A stretch of DNA of 60,000 nt from Mobula hypostoma (taxonomy: Eukaryota), in the NCBI RefSeq assembly GCF_963921235.1, contig NC_086108.1, forward strand, positions 42,782,001 through 42,842,000. Reading direction: 5' to 3'. Shown piece by piece: positions 39,171 through 54,100 of this stretch (the first letter of the stretch is position 1; the number at the start of each line of letters is the position of its first letter). The translations under genes were made by a program, and so were the position numbers. The notes under the pieces are model-generated. The model was not told the DNA's origin. It was given only the letters and a program-made list of their open reading frames with translations, and made no database searches.

Positions 39171-42100
39171 AGTACAGAAGCTTATTAACTTGCTAAGTTG
39201 AATGCCATTAAGTACTGATGCATGGACATAATGCTCGAGTGAACTGCAATAACTTGGTTTAAGTTTTACTCAGATAAGGTGTTGTTCCAATGTGATCAGT
39301 TCAATCTCTTCTGATCAAATCATTTATTACTATCCATTAAAGTCATTCTGAAAAACATCCATTTCCCTTCCTAGTTAACACTCCAAACAACAAGAAACCA
39401 GAATCATAAGTGATGAGAAAGTTGATATTCTTACAGCTACAGGTTTTGTACTCATGTCTAAATATCGAATTTCCCTACGTTATTGATATGTTGTTTCCCT
39501 TAGGTCAGTTGATGCTACGACGTTAGCACAGAACTGAAGAGACTACACTCATTATGTGTGTGCCAACAGAGCAGCACAAAATAAATTTCACAGATTTATC
39601 CTGTTCCATGCCTTTCTTCATTTTTCATTTACTAATTTTCCCATACATGAGGGGAGATTTGACCAAGGTATACAAAATTATGAGGGGTACAGATAGACTA
39701 AATGCCAGCAGGCTTTTTCCACAGAAGCTGGGTGGGACTAGAACTAGAGGTCATAGGTTAAGGGTGAAAGGTGAAATATCTAAGGGCAACTTGAGGAGGA
39801 GCTTCTTCACTCAAAGGGTGGAGAGAGTGTTGAACGAGTTACCAGTGGAAGTGGCGGATGCGGGTTTGACTGCAACACTTAAGAGAACTTTGGATGGGAG
39901 AGATGTGAAGGGCTATGGTCCAGGTGTGGATCGATGGTACTAGACAGAATGACAGCTCGGCATGGATTAGATTGGATGAAGGGCCTGTTCCTGTGTTGTA
40001 GTTCTCTATGACTCTAAAGCAAGGGATTCATGGACCCCTTTGTTAATGGTAGGGGTCCAGAGCCCAAAAAGCATTGGGAACCCCTGATCTAAAGGACATC
40101 ACGGGCACAGCCTAAATCAGTGATACATTTTTGCTTTGGTACTTTGATATATAATCAGCTGTTCAATGATTTGGGCCTGATTAGTAAGAGTGACATGTTT
40201 TACTGATTATCCAAATAATCAAATTTTATCCAAATTTTGAGAGTCTCACTCAGATATATTACCTGTTAGCTAACAGGCAGAAAGCATTCACATTGAATGA
40301 TGCGAGAGTTAAATTCTTGCTCACTCTTTATGTTATGTTCAGTCTAGTTGCCCTGGGCCTGCCTTTATGGTATCATGTTATGATGCTCTATGCACTTCTT
40401 TGAAGCAAGTGTTCGGTTTATTTCTAGTACGTTCAGTCCTTTTCTGTCTTTGCTTTCTTCAGAGGATTTAACAGGGTAAAGCTGAAAGGTTATTTCCTAA
40501 GACCGGACAGTCTGGAAACAGGACAAATCTCAAGGAATGAGGAGAAACTTCGTTTAAGAGGACCTGTACCACAGAACTGTGAATGCTCAGTCCATTTACT
40601 GTGACTGATAGATTTTTGAATACAAAGAACATCAAGGGATATGGGGTAGGGTGGGAATTGGAACTTGATTTTTAGATTATGAAGACACGCAGTCCTCTTT
40701 TATTGTCATTTAGTAATACATGCATTAAGAAATGATACAATATTTCCTCCTGTGTGATATCACAAAACACAGGACAGATCAAGACTGAAAAAACTAACAA
40801 AACCACATAATTATAACATATAGTTACAACAGTGCAACAATACCATAACTTGATGAAGAACAGTCCATGAGCACAATAAAAAGTTCAAAGTTTCTCAAAT
40901 GACCCACATCTATCACAGACAGGAGAAGGAAGAAAAACTCTCCCTGCCATACCCGACCACGGTCTGAATCTGAGTCATCCGAAAACTTCGAGCCTCAGAA
41001 CAGCTCTCCGACACCGAGTACTGAGCACCATCTCTATCCGAGCGATTCGACCTCAATCTCAGTCGCCAACAGCAGGCAAAGCCGGGGATTTTGAGGCCTT
41101 CCCTCCGGAAGATTCTCGATCGTGCAGTAACAACAGCAGCAAACTTGCATTTCAGAAATTTCTCCAGATGTTCCTCTGTGCTTTCACGTCTGTCTCCATC
41201 AAATCAGAATTGTCCATGGCCCCTATTTAACGGATACAGATTTAGCCAGGAACTTTTGAATAGGTTGAACACCCTTGAGGAATCATGTGGCCTTCTCTTA
41301 CCTTTGATCATGCTTCTATTATTATGTTCTTATGATAAATTCAAAGGTGGTTCATCCATGTATGTACAGTCTATTAATATCTGTCCTCCATCAGGTGACC
41401 TTGCTGGGTCTTCATTTCTTCCTTAGCCAGAGGTCTAATTAATTCCTATCCTCCACCACAATGCTTTTGAACATGCTGTTGCTTTGTGTAATTACTGACA
41501 TCTGTCACTTTTACTGTTGGCATTCATTTCTAGAGGAATAGAGTATAGGAGCAGGGATGTGATGTTGAGGCTCTATAAGGTGCTGGTGAGACCTCACTTG
41601 GAGTACTGTGGGCAGTTTTGGTCTCCTTATTTAAGAAAGGATGTGCTGACGTTGGAGAGGGTACAGAGAAGATTCACTAGAATGATTCTGGGAATGAGAG
41701 GGATAACATATGAGGAATGTTTGTCCGCTCTTGCACTGTATTGCTTGGAGTTTAGAAGAATGAGGGGAGACCTCGTAGAAACATTTCGAATGTTGAAAGG
41801 CATGGACAGAGTGGATGTGGCAAAGTTGTTTTCCATGATGGGGGAGTCTAGTACGAGAGGGCATGACTTTAGGATTGAAGGGCGCCCTTTCAGAACAGAA
41901 ATGCGAAGAAATTTTTTTAGTCAGAGGGTGGTGAATCTATGGAATTTGTTGCCACGGGCAGCAGTGGAGGCCAAGTCATTGGGTGTATTTAAGGCAGAGA
42001 TTGATAGGTATCTGAGTAGCCAGGGCATCAAAGGTTATGGTGAGAAGGCGGGGGAGTGGGACTAAAGAGGAGAATGGATTAGCTCATGATAAAATGGCGG

Positions 42101-45100
42101 AGCAGACTCGATGGGCCGAATGGCCGACTTCTGCTCCTTTGTCTTATGGTCTTATGGTCTTTTACTATAATAAATATTGCTATGAGAATCCATATGATAC
42201 ATAGCTGTACAAGATGTTAGATCATTTTACCTTCCTTCAAGTGCCAAGTCTTTCTTCATTTCTCTGTTTCAAGTTCGGATTTTCAGAATATCTAGCATTT
42301 TGCATTCACAAATATTGTCTATTTAAAAGCAAAGGTCCATTCATTTTTGGTTCCTGGATTGGCCACGTTCAACTCATCACTATTGGAATAACCAAAATAC
42401 ATATACGTATACTCCTGAATGTTCCTTTTGAGAAACATAATCAAATATTTGGGAAACAAATTACGCTAACTACAGTCCCTTTGTATAATCATCAGAATGT
42501 TAGATTTTTCAAGGTAACATGTTGACGGTCAGTCCCAATTGGCAGTAACTCTATATGATTTTAAATTATTTTACTGTTCACTAAAACAGTTTTTTTCCCA
42601 GTTTTTGATATTTTCCTACTATTTATCATGATAATTATAATAATCACATTGAATTTGTTTTAATCAATTTCCGATGCTACTACTTTGTAACCAAACTTGA
42701 TTTTTCAATAACGTTCTGACAGTGCCTTTATCTACCTTGTTTCTCAAACAATTTCAGCCCCTTGCAGTCCCCAGAATGTAAATGCTTATTTGGACTGTGC
42801 AACACACATAACGTCGGTATGGTGGGATCAGAGTGAGGGGGCAGTGGTCTACACTGCCATGGCAGAAGGAATGGAAGGAGACAGATACTCATGCAATACA
42901 ACAGAAGCAAACTGTGAGGTCACAGGACTTTCATGTGGCCAGATGTACAGTGTAACTGTGTTAGCAATGGACGAGAATTGCACCAGTTTACCAAGCCCAG
43001 CTTTTACAACTGAGACAGGTAAAACTATGGTCATTGTGGTTACTAAGTCCTAAGTAGGAATCAGTATTGACTGTGCAACATGAATTATAACTTGCATTTG
43101 TTTATTGATAATTGCTAGTAAACCTGTACCATAAACTCAACTGTTCAGCTGTTGATCAACAGGCTCTAATCAAGTTGAAACCTCTATTGCATTACTCATT
43201 TCAATTCTGTATTGTGATGTATTTTAATTTATCCTTTCTCTCTTGTACAGCACCTTGTATCCCACAGAATGTGGTAGCTCACATCAACTGCGAGAATAAC
43301 ACTGTCTCTGTGTTTTGGGATCCCAGCAATGGCTCAGAGTCATACCACGTAACAGCACAAGGGACCAATGGCCACTGGGCCTCCTGCAATACAACAGGCA
43401 CTGAATGTGAGCTCTCTGATGTGTACTGTGGACTGTATTACTACATAACTGTACAGGCAGTCCGCATGGGGTGTAACAGCTCACATAGCTCTGCTGTGGC
43501 AGTTAAAACAGGTAATGTCAGGAAACCTATATATAATAATAAATTCTACACACAGTGAGGAATTGTGTACTTTTTTGCATCATACAGTTATGACACTACA
43601 GTAGTTTCATGTTACGTTTTTCCTTCTTGCAGTACCGTGTGTCCCCCAGAACGTCAATGCTTACATGGACTGTGATTCTGGATTTCTGTCAGTCTCCTGG
43701 GAGTTCAGTGAAGGTGCATCATCATACATTGCCACTGCAGAAGGAGGTGACGTGCAGCGATGCAGCGCCAATGATACGCTGTGTGACATCACTGACCTGT
43801 CCTGTGGAGAGACCTATACTGTCACAGTCCTTGCGCACGATGACACCTGTGACTCTGCTGAAAGTCCTTCGGTCACAATGAGAACAGGTAACTGCAGAGT
43901 CATCCAATTTCTGAATCTCTAATTTCTCTATCAATCACACAAACACTGATTTCTCCACTGGCCAAAATACAGTTAGCCAGCAAAACTTACGGACAAAGAA
44001 AGTTCAAATAAGAACCCAAATAGTAGCAGCTGTAGGACATCTGACCCTCTGAAGTCGCTCTGTAATTTAGCAAGATCATCACTGATCCATTTCAGTGCAA
44101 TTCCTGCACTTTCTTCGACTTTCTTAATATCCAGAAATTTCTCAAACATCGTTTGAGTAAATTCAGTGCTTCAGTCTCCACTGCTCTCCTGGGAAGAGAA
44201 TTCTGAATGGAGAAAGCTCTCTTTTCTCAGTCCTAAACATCCTGTCCTTGTCACGGACCGGATCGCTTATTCCCTGGTTCCCTTTAAATTTCCTTTTTGT
44301 CGCGATCGGGACCGTTGACTCCTTGTTTTCCTTTAATTCATTGTGTCCCTGTGTTTCTTGGGCTCTGTAATTAAAGGCACTTGATTCTCAGCTGAACAGG
44401 CAGTATATAGTGTTGGCTTTCAGCTACTCAGTGCTAGACCGTCAGCCGACGTCGCCTCATGTTACCGAAGTAAGTGTGAGCAAGTCACATCGCTGGAGCA
44501 AGTCAAGTCTTCTCCCCGAAGCAAGTACCAGTAAGTCGACTCTCCTCGCCAGATTCAGCCTGTGAAATTACCTCGCCTGAGCGAGCCACTAAGCTACCTC
44601 GCCAGAGTGGGTCCATCAAGTTAACCTGCCAGAGTGAGGCTAGAGCCGCTGTCTGTAGTTCCGGGGCCAAATCGAGAACTTGCCGCTACTTAGAGCCACT
44701 TTGTGCCAAGAGAAAAGAACTGTCTATCATTGTGTGGTTTTGTCTCTTCGTGTCCTCGTCTCCACTGGGTAGGTCCAGCTGTTTGCTGCTACCTTGAGTT
44801 GGGAACTGTCTCTTTGTGTCCTCGCCTCTGCAGGGTAGGTCCGACTGTTTGCTGCTACCCTGAGTTGGGAATTGTCTCTTCATGTGTTCGTCTCCGCTGG
44901 GTAGGTCCGACTGTTTGCCGCTACCCTAAGTGGGGAACTGTCTCTTCGTGTTCTGTGTTCTGTGTCCTGTATCCAAGGAAGAGTCCTTGCTCTGTGTCCT
45001 GTGTCCAAGGAAGAGTCCCGGCTCTGTGTTTCGATGTTCCGAGTTCCAAGTCCAGGCTCTGATGTTCCAAGTTCCAAGTCTGGGTTCCGAGTTCCAAGTC

Positions 45101-48100
45101 CCTGTCCAAGTTAAAGTCTGGGTCCTGAGTTACAAGTCCCTGTCCGAGTCCAAGTCGGGGTCCCAAGTTCCAAGTCCCAGTCCAAGTCCAAGTCCAAGTC
45201 CAAGTCCAGGTCCCGAGTCCCATGCCAAGCCCAGGCCCTGAGTTCCAGTCTAAGTCCAGGGTTCGAGCCCAACTCCAGCCACGCATATTCCCGCTTCTGC
45301 TTCATTCACTCCTTGATGTCTCTCTGTACAATCCTTGCTTCCCTGCTTTCCTAGTAACTATTAATAACCTCTATTTTTGTTAACACTACTAAACGTATTT
45401 GGGTCCACCCATGCTCTGCATTCATGACAGTCCTTTGTTCTGACATTGTAAACTCAGATTCTAGTTTCCTTAACCAGAGTAAACATCTTCTCTGCATCCA
45501 GCTTAGTGAAATTTTGTAAATTTCAGTGTGATCTCTTTTCATTCCTTTAAACTCCTGAGAACATAGGCCAAGTCAACTCAACTCTCTCGTCATTAATCAA
45601 TCCAAGGAGTCAATCTATTGAACCTTTACTGCAGTCCTTCAATGACAATCGTACTTTCTTTGGTAAAGAGCAATATTTATACATGATATGCTGGATGCAG
45701 TCCCACCAAAAATGGTAGTAATTAAATAGAGGTACTAATTACGCCCATCACCTCCCTCTGGTGCTCCTCCCCCTTCCCTTTCTTCCATGACCTTCTACCC
45801 TCTCCTATCAGATTCCCCCTTCTCCTGCCCTTTATCAACTTCCCAGCTCTTTACTTCACCCCTTCCCCCTTCCCAGTTTCACCTATCACCTGCCACCTTG
45901 TACTTCTTCCTCCCCTTCCCCCACCTTCTTAATCTCATCCTTTTTTCCCAGTCCTGTTGCAGGGTCTCGGCCCGAAACATTGACTGTTTACTCTTTTCCA
46001 TTGATGCTGCCTGGCCTGCTGAGTTCCTCCAGCATTTTGTGTGTGTTGTTTGGATTTCCAGTATCTGCAGATTTTCTCGTGTTAGTGGTACTAATTGAAT
46101 GGTAGTACTTAAATAAACAACTCATAAATTTACCAGCTGCTCAACAACTGCTCTTCATCTCTTCTGTTTGCCATTTCTAGTTTCGTGCATCCCACAGAAC
46201 CTCGATGTCCATGTAGACTGTGACACAAACGATGCTTCAGTATTGTGGAGCCACACTAAAGGTGCAGTCTCTTACTCGGCAACTGCAGAAGGAAGTGATG
46301 GGCACCCAGTTTCCTGCGAGACGGCCAGTACCGAATGTCAGATAACCAACCTACACTGTGGACAGGTGTACAATTTAACTGTGACAGCACTGGATGGTGT
46401 GTGTGACACCTCACAAAGCTCTCAGTTAGAATTTGAAACTGGTAGGTATCTTCTCTGGAATATGGTGATTTAAAACCTACCCCAACCAATGCACAAGGTT
46501 AATGCCTGTGTCCATCGAACGAGCAGCTCCTCCCATGGAGGGTCAGACACCCTGAGCCAATAGACTGGTCCTGAACTTATTTTACATCTGGCATAGTTTG
46601 CATTTTGTTGTTTGATTGTTTCTGGTTTTTGTATTGCTATACTTACGCTCTGTTCTTGGTTGGTGCGGCTGTAACGAAACCAAATTTCCCTCGAGATTAA
46701 TAAAGTATATCTATCTATCTATCTAATGTAATTGAAGATTTCATACTGCATGAAAATTGTAGGCCTCTGCTTTTTAAGATTAAATTCATGTAGTGCTCTT
46801 GTTAAGACGTGCAGATAATTTGGTAATGTGTTGTAGTTTTGTGGTCTTCTTACTTCAAGACCAGATTTCTGTTAAGATCTGCTTCCTGATTTCTAACCTC
46901 TACTGCGTTTAGCTACAGCTTTATCAGATTTCTATCATCTTTCTGTGTGCTGATCTAAAAAGTACAGGGAGAATGTCGGAGGTAAATTTACGCAAAGAGT
47001 GCTTAAAAATGCCCTGGCAGGGGAGGGTATTGAGGCAGATACATCAGGGGCATTAAGAAACTCTTAGATGGGCACATGAATGATAGAAAAATGGACGACT
47101 GTGTAAAAAGATAGGGTTAGATTGATCTTAAAGTAGGTTACAATGTCAGCACAACACTGTGCTGTTATGTTCTATGTTCTATATTCTAAAACGTTCCTTC
47201 ACTCTCATCAGGACTGTGTCATGCATTTCCAGACACTTGATTTCATTTCCTGGGGCTTTACACTTTGGCCAGTGCACACCCATCTTCTGGGCTGTTCAGA
47301 CAAACATTCTGCCCTTTGAAGTCTCCAAACCCTTTCATTTTAACCATCTATTCCCTCAGGAACATGCTTTTCCACATTCTTTTCCTCTTTTTTAGTGCCT
47401 TTTCTAAATTGTATAATGCAATATTTGGCAACAGTGTGTGGCCGACTCATGCTAAATTTCTGCACAGGCATTGTCCCCATATAGCATTGTAAAGGTCAGC
47501 ACTAGACTCAGCTGCTATGCAGATTAATTCTTAGTGGTTCTACAAACACACTCCCTTTAGTATTTCAAATGAAGTATATGTCTATAGGTGTTCAAAATAG
47601 GAAGTTAGAATGTATTACCATGTTTGAAATGGAGAACTATTGCTGAGTTGATCAAACCCCTCTCCCATTGTGGCTTTGCCTGTTCAAGTTTATTCTTCCA
47701 ACATACAGTACTGCGCAAACGTCTTAGGCACATATTTATAGCCAGGGTGCCGAAAGCTTTTGCACAGTACCGCATTTGTCAATGTGGAGCAGAAAGCAAG
47801 TTTGTAAATCTGGCGGGAGCAAAGGTCGTTGGGAATGGCAAGGGTGGAGCACCGCAGGAGTGGTGTGGGACAGGTGGCAGAGAAAGAGTGCCAGGGGTGG
47901 GGTGTGGTACGGGTGCAGACACACCCAGCCCTGAGACACCAGGCAAGGTCATTTGATTCCAAAAACATTGGTTTATTGATCGTGACAGAATGTCCCTCTG
48001 ATGCTTCCTGCTTCCTCCCCTCTCCCTTCCCCTTTTTCCGGTCATGACTCCCTTTTCCCTGCTCCCCTCCCACTGTCAGTCCATAATAAAGACCCAGATC

Positions 48101-51100
48101 AGAATCAGGCTGACCATCATGCACGCGTCATGAAATTAGTTTTTTTTGTGGCAGTAGTGCAGAGCAATACATAAAATTACTACAGTACTACGCAAAAGTC
48201 TTAGGCTCCTTAGATGTGTGTGTGTGCGCGCCAAAGACTTTTGTACAGTACTGTAAATATATTAAAAATACCCTCAAGTGCTTCACTTGCTCTTCAAGTT
48301 GGGTAGCTCAGGAAACAAAATATCAATCAGTCTATGTTCTGAATGGCTGGAATTTTCACTGCCAAATTCTTTTACACCAAGAAATTAGATTTTTTTCTCT
48401 CAGCTGTGCAGTGTTCGTTTTTCAATGTGTATGAATCTGTGAGTGCAATCCTGTTGTGATGGTCCAGTCACACCACTCTGGGAATTTGAACAGGAACTTT
48501 CAGTCACAGATTGAACTTGTCATATTTGATAAATGTAATGGCATCATTCTTTGTGCAACACTTGATAAGAACACTGCTGGGAAAAATTAGTTCTTGTGGT
48601 TGAAAAGCACATGTGTTTTTTTAGCTGTCTCAGCCCAACCAAGTTTCAATTGGGCAAGCAAGCAATCATGGCAATTTTATGTAGGGCTTCCTAAACTGGC
48701 AGCGGGACACAACCTTTTTAGGTACCTGGTTTCCTGAATTCACTCACTCCTACCCACTCTACTGAATTTGCCTCCCCCCTCCACATACTGATCTGATCTT
48801 TTGTGACCCTACCCCCTAACTGCCCATTAGGCTTCCTAGCTCTCTCCTAGAAACATTCATCAACTTCCTCTCCACTTGTTGACTGTCCATCCTCTTTACG
48901 ATTTCACTGTTGATTCACTCACCCCGACTCAAGCAGCTGACCTCCCGGTATGGTTAGGATCTCCGAGCTCGTGTTTCCTTCTCCCCACTGGACCAAGCCT
49001 AGCCGTGAACTGGGCAGTCTTTACAACCTGTCCAAAACGTGCTGGTCTGTCGGTAGAGGAACGCTGCCCACCAGCTCATCATAGGTTACAGGAATATGTG
49101 CTGAGGGACACACTGAAGTTTGGTGCAGACACCACAAGGGCTCAGTGGGAAAGGATCATGTTATAGGGTTCTTCCATCACTGGAGATGGAGGGGCCGGGT
49201 TGGGTGAGGAAGACCCTCAGTTATTGTCGTAATGTATCACCCCAGGGGGCCACGTGAGTGGCAACAGTTCTGTTGGATTTATGAAATGTAACAGAACAGT
49301 ACTGAAAGTATTGACTATGAATTTAGGAATGAAAAAGCATTGAAAAGTTTATCCTTGTAAGTAATTTTTAAAATTATTGATAAAATCTGATTTTCAAAAA
49401 AATTGCAGACTCTGCTCAGTTGGAGCTCAAAAAGGAAAACCTTGCTCTCACTCATGGTTAATACACCAAATATCTTGAAGTTCAATTTTTATGTGACAAG
49501 TATTCAACCAACGCAGTCATTGATTGATTAACGTAATTCTATTGGTACTGTTAAAATTTAGGACAATGAATATTCTTAAACATCTGCACCCTTTGATTGT
49601 TGTCCTACCATAGAGAACAGAAATTGTCCAGTGGTAACAACTATAAGAACTCCAAACATCACCCCACAGTACAACTTACAACAGTGAAGGCTAACATTAC
49701 GTGATAAATTCCACTGTAATTTTAATTCAATGTGTTTTTGCAGAGATTTTTAATTAATCTTTAATAATACTGGGGTTAATTTTCCATGTTAGAAAACTAT
49801 TTATTTTTACTTAGATGGCTTCCTTCTTTTAAAACAGTTCAGGTTTTTTTTTGACTGTTTGACTGTTCTGTTACAGTAGTTCCAACAGCATTTTTCAAGA
49901 GCCCCACAGTATTCATCATAACTTCTGATTGTGTGTATTTGCACTGCATCTATTCCTTCATCTGTCTCAATCAGTTTGTGTTTCTGTGATTTGCAGCCCC
50001 TTGTGTAGTCAAATACATTTCTACTAACCTGGACTGTGACACTAGGAGTACGTCAGTGACCTGGGCGAAGGCTGAGGGTGCCATGTGGTACATTACAACA
50101 GCAGAAGGACAAGATGGACACGTTTCACTGTGTAACACAACAGAGACGAGCTGTGATTTTATGGACCTTCACTGCAGTCAGACATATTTCATAACCGTAA
50201 CGGCAGTGCGTGGTTACTGTCAGAGTATAAGTACCATGGTTGAAACCAAAACAGGTGAGATATCTGAAGATTTTTGAGAGAAAAGCTGCGGTTGGAAATA
50301 CTTTTCTGAGATTTAGAGTAGCACTGAGGTTGGAATATCGCAGGGTTATTCTTGCAACAAACCAAAAGCATGGGGCAATCAATACAAACATGGAATTGCC
50401 TTATAACTCCTCAGATCAAATATGAGTTGCAATTTATAATAGCTCCAAATTTAGTCAGAAGCTAGAGGTTAACTTTATATGTCTGTTTGTAGAGTTTGTT
50501 ACATTGCAATCTTATCCTTAAATCTTTTATCTTTAAAAATCTTCCTGAGGTTGTGATTCCAGAAACTTCTAGAGCTCAGGCGTCTCAGCCACTGGACACC
50601 ACAGAAGCAGTTCCTCAGAACAGGGCCGGCTGGTGGCGCAACGACATCGGCGCCGGACCCGGGAGCAGAGGTTCCCGGGTTCGAAACTAGTCAGTCCACC
50701 CCCGAGTACGCTTTCCATCCGTGCTGGGTTGGGTGTCGAGATCGCTGCTCGACCTCATAAAATAAAGGGAAAATACTGCGAAAATGTCCGTGCGAGGAGT
50801 GGCGCGCCAGTCTCTCTCTCGCTCCGCGCCTAGTAAAAAGCCATGAAAAAGACATCATCATGGAGGCATGGACACGCAGACGCGCAAACTCACACGCACG
50901 CAGGCACACGCCAAAAAAAAAGAGAAGTGCCCTAGGCACAACGTTGTAAATGCTAGATTTTCTGTACACTCAATACACTCAACACTCAGCAGGTCAAGTA
51001 GCAACTATGGAACGGAATAAATAATTGACACCTATGGAAAAAAGTACAGTCGACGTTCCGGGCCGAGACACTTCTGCAGGACTGGATTTAAAAGGTGGAG

Positions 51101-54100
51101 GGAGGGGAGAGAGAAACACAAGGTGAGAAGTGAAACTTGAAGGGGGAGGAGTGAATAGAGAGCTGGGAAGTTGATAGGTGAAAGAGACAGAAGGCCATGG
51201 AAGAAAGGAAAGGAGGGAGAAGCACCAGAGGGAGTCAATTAGGCATGAACATTGATTTCTCAAACTTCCGATAATGTCCCACAGCCCTTCCCCCCTCTCA
51301 TTCACCATCTCCCATCCCCTTTTCCCTCTCTCACCTATCTCCCTGTCTGCCCATCACCTGCATCTTTCACCAATCAGCTTCCCACCTCTCCACTTCATCC
51401 TCCCCCTTCAGGTTTCACCAATCACCTTGTGTTTCTCTCTCCCTTCCCATCAACTTTTAAATCCACTCCTCGGCTTTTTTTCTCCGGTCCTGCCGAAGGG
51501 TCTCGGCCCAAAACGTTGACTGTACTTTTTTCCATAGATGTTGCCTGGCCTGCTGAGTTCCTCCAGCATTTTGTGTGTGTTACTCAGATTTCCAGCATCT
51601 GCAGGTTTTCTCTTGTTTGTAAACAATTGATACCTTTTGATATCCTTTCCAAAGATGTTGCTTGACCTGCTGTGTTCCTCCAGCATTTCATGTGTGTTGA
51701 TAGGCACAGCATTATTAGCTTTATCAATGACTTTATCCCATCATAATGCGGGATGGTGACTGATCGACTGCACAATGCTCAATTGCATTTGCATCACTCA
51801 CAAATGAAGCAACCCACACCCAGCTGCAACAATAACTAGCTAGACAAGATATAGACACCAACTGTAAAATGCAAATATAATTTTTCAAAATTCCCATTTC
51901 ATTTTTCATTCTGTTCACATTTGAAAAGTAGGACATTGCTTGAATTATTTTGCACAATGTTGTTAAAGGGCTAGTGAAATAGGGAGCTTTTGTAAAAGAG
52001 CTGACTTCCATCACCCTACAAATCCTTCTGCCAGTGTGACATTATGTAAAGATGTATAACAGCTGGACAATCAGTTCCACAAGATGGGAATCCAAATCAT
52101 CGTCTGTTGTGAGAACCGAAGGAACTGAATAATAAAGACTTAAAGTGAAATGAAAAATATGAAAAGGCTTGAGAAAGATATTAAGGTCCAATTTTCAAAC
52201 AATTTGCAATTATATTGTGCCATTTCAAAATAAACCAACACATTCTCGTGGAGTGCAATGTGGGATTCTTGACTGTCAATTTGTATACAGTAAGATGCCA
52301 CCACAGTAGTGTGGCAATAATCAACTTATCTGCTTTATCACTGAGAGAAATAAATTAAATAATTACAAAATGAACACCAAATTTCTTTCTTAAAAACGCA
52401 GACACGAGGAAATCTGCAGATGCTGGAATTTCAAGCAACACACATAAAAAGTTGCTGGTGAACGCATCAGGCTAGGCAGCATCTCTAGGAAGAGGTACAG
52501 TCGATGTTTCGGGTGTGACGAAGGGTCTCGGCCTGAAACGTCGACTGTACCTCTTCCTAGAGATGCTGCCTGGCCTGCTGCGTTCACCAGCAACTTTGAT
52601 GTGTGTTACAAATTTCTTTCATGCGTATTAGTTGGAAGTACATGAAAGACAACTTCCTGTCCACTAATGATTGTCCAAATCACAGATCCAATAGGACAAT
52701 CAATTGATTTAGAATATTGACAAGCAGTATGAAGGCCAAAGTATTTTGACATGTATATTTCCTGACTGAGCCAATGATTTTCTGAATGGCCCAAACATAA
52801 ATTACAGTCTTCAATGACTTGAGTGACTCTTAATAGGAATCTAGTAGCAGCAATGCTATTCAGGCCTCTCCTTGGCTGATGACTTTGTGAGTTCACTAAT
52901 CACCTCTGTTTCTAACTACACCGATGTTGTCTATTTCCAGCATTTTATATCGGTTTCCTAGGAACTGCAGTTTTTGCTTTTCTGAATCATTCAATGATTG
53001 ACAAGATTCAACTAATAAGCAGAATAGACTCAAAAGGTTCATTCCTCTCCCAATGTTGTATTTTTACCATTGAAACACCACACTGATGTCACTAATTCAT
53101 AATGTTATTTCTCTCTCCTCCTGTCCTGAAGCCCCTTGTCCCCCTCAGAACGTACATGCTGATGGTGCTGGTGTCACTGCCTTTGTAATGTGGGAGCCGA
53201 GTAACCTCACAGTGTGGTACACCACTACGGCAGAGGGGAGCGATGGACACACAGCCACCTGTACCACATCCAAAACAAACTGCCTCATCCCAGATCTTCA
53301 CTGCAGCCAAACATACAACATCTCAGTCCTCGTACTTGGTGAAACCTGCAGCAGCCTCCGGAGCTCTAGTTTTGAAATTCAAACAGGTGATATAAAAATA
53401 AAATATCCCCCTTTATATAAAACTTCTCATCTGCTCAGGAATATCTTCAAGATCGAGAGATAAGTTTGATGTGCACTCCTTTTACTCACAATAACTCTTG
53501 AGAGTGGTATAAACCGGCAAGTTTAATACAGTGCTCATGGTTAAAGGTGAATTGTAGTCAGGACAGCTTCTCCAAGAAATGCTCAAAGAACTACTGACCA
53601 GAATAGACAAGATCTGATTGGCCTCACTGGAAGTGCAGCTCGTGAACAAGGATCTCACATTCTTATTAAATTATCATTTGCAATTATGTGAAAGCAGGCA
53701 GCTAGTAACCTGAAGAGAGTGGAAAACAGCTGAATATTCATATTGCCAAGGTGGCTGACCTTTGGTTATTCACTTAAATTTTTGATGTGAAACCAAGTCA
53801 AAGTATTAATTGGGATTTGATAATTTGCAAATAACTGTGACTGCCACTACTGGAGTGAACTGGGTAAAGTGAGCACCAAGCTCATTCTGGCCTCTTGTCC
53901 AATTAAATTGGATCCCAATAGGATTGTCAGAGCAGGACTACATCTCTGACCCGAGGGCCTGAAAACCTAACCTCAGTCTTTCTGCCATTCTGGCTATTTC
54001 CCAACCCTTTCTAGAAAGGAAAGGGCCTCAGAAATCTATATTCCTCCAGGCCTGATAGCTTCCCATGGACTTTCTCTTTGTGGCTGGATTCATGGGGATA

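Noticed and set aside
44741..45260. Tandem repeats as a CRISPR-like array; Pro/Ser- and Trp/Thr-rich ORFs as genes
   Set aside because: Units are contiguous with no unique spacers, lie inside a solo LTR in eukaryotic DNA, and the ORFs are translations of (CCAAGT)n.
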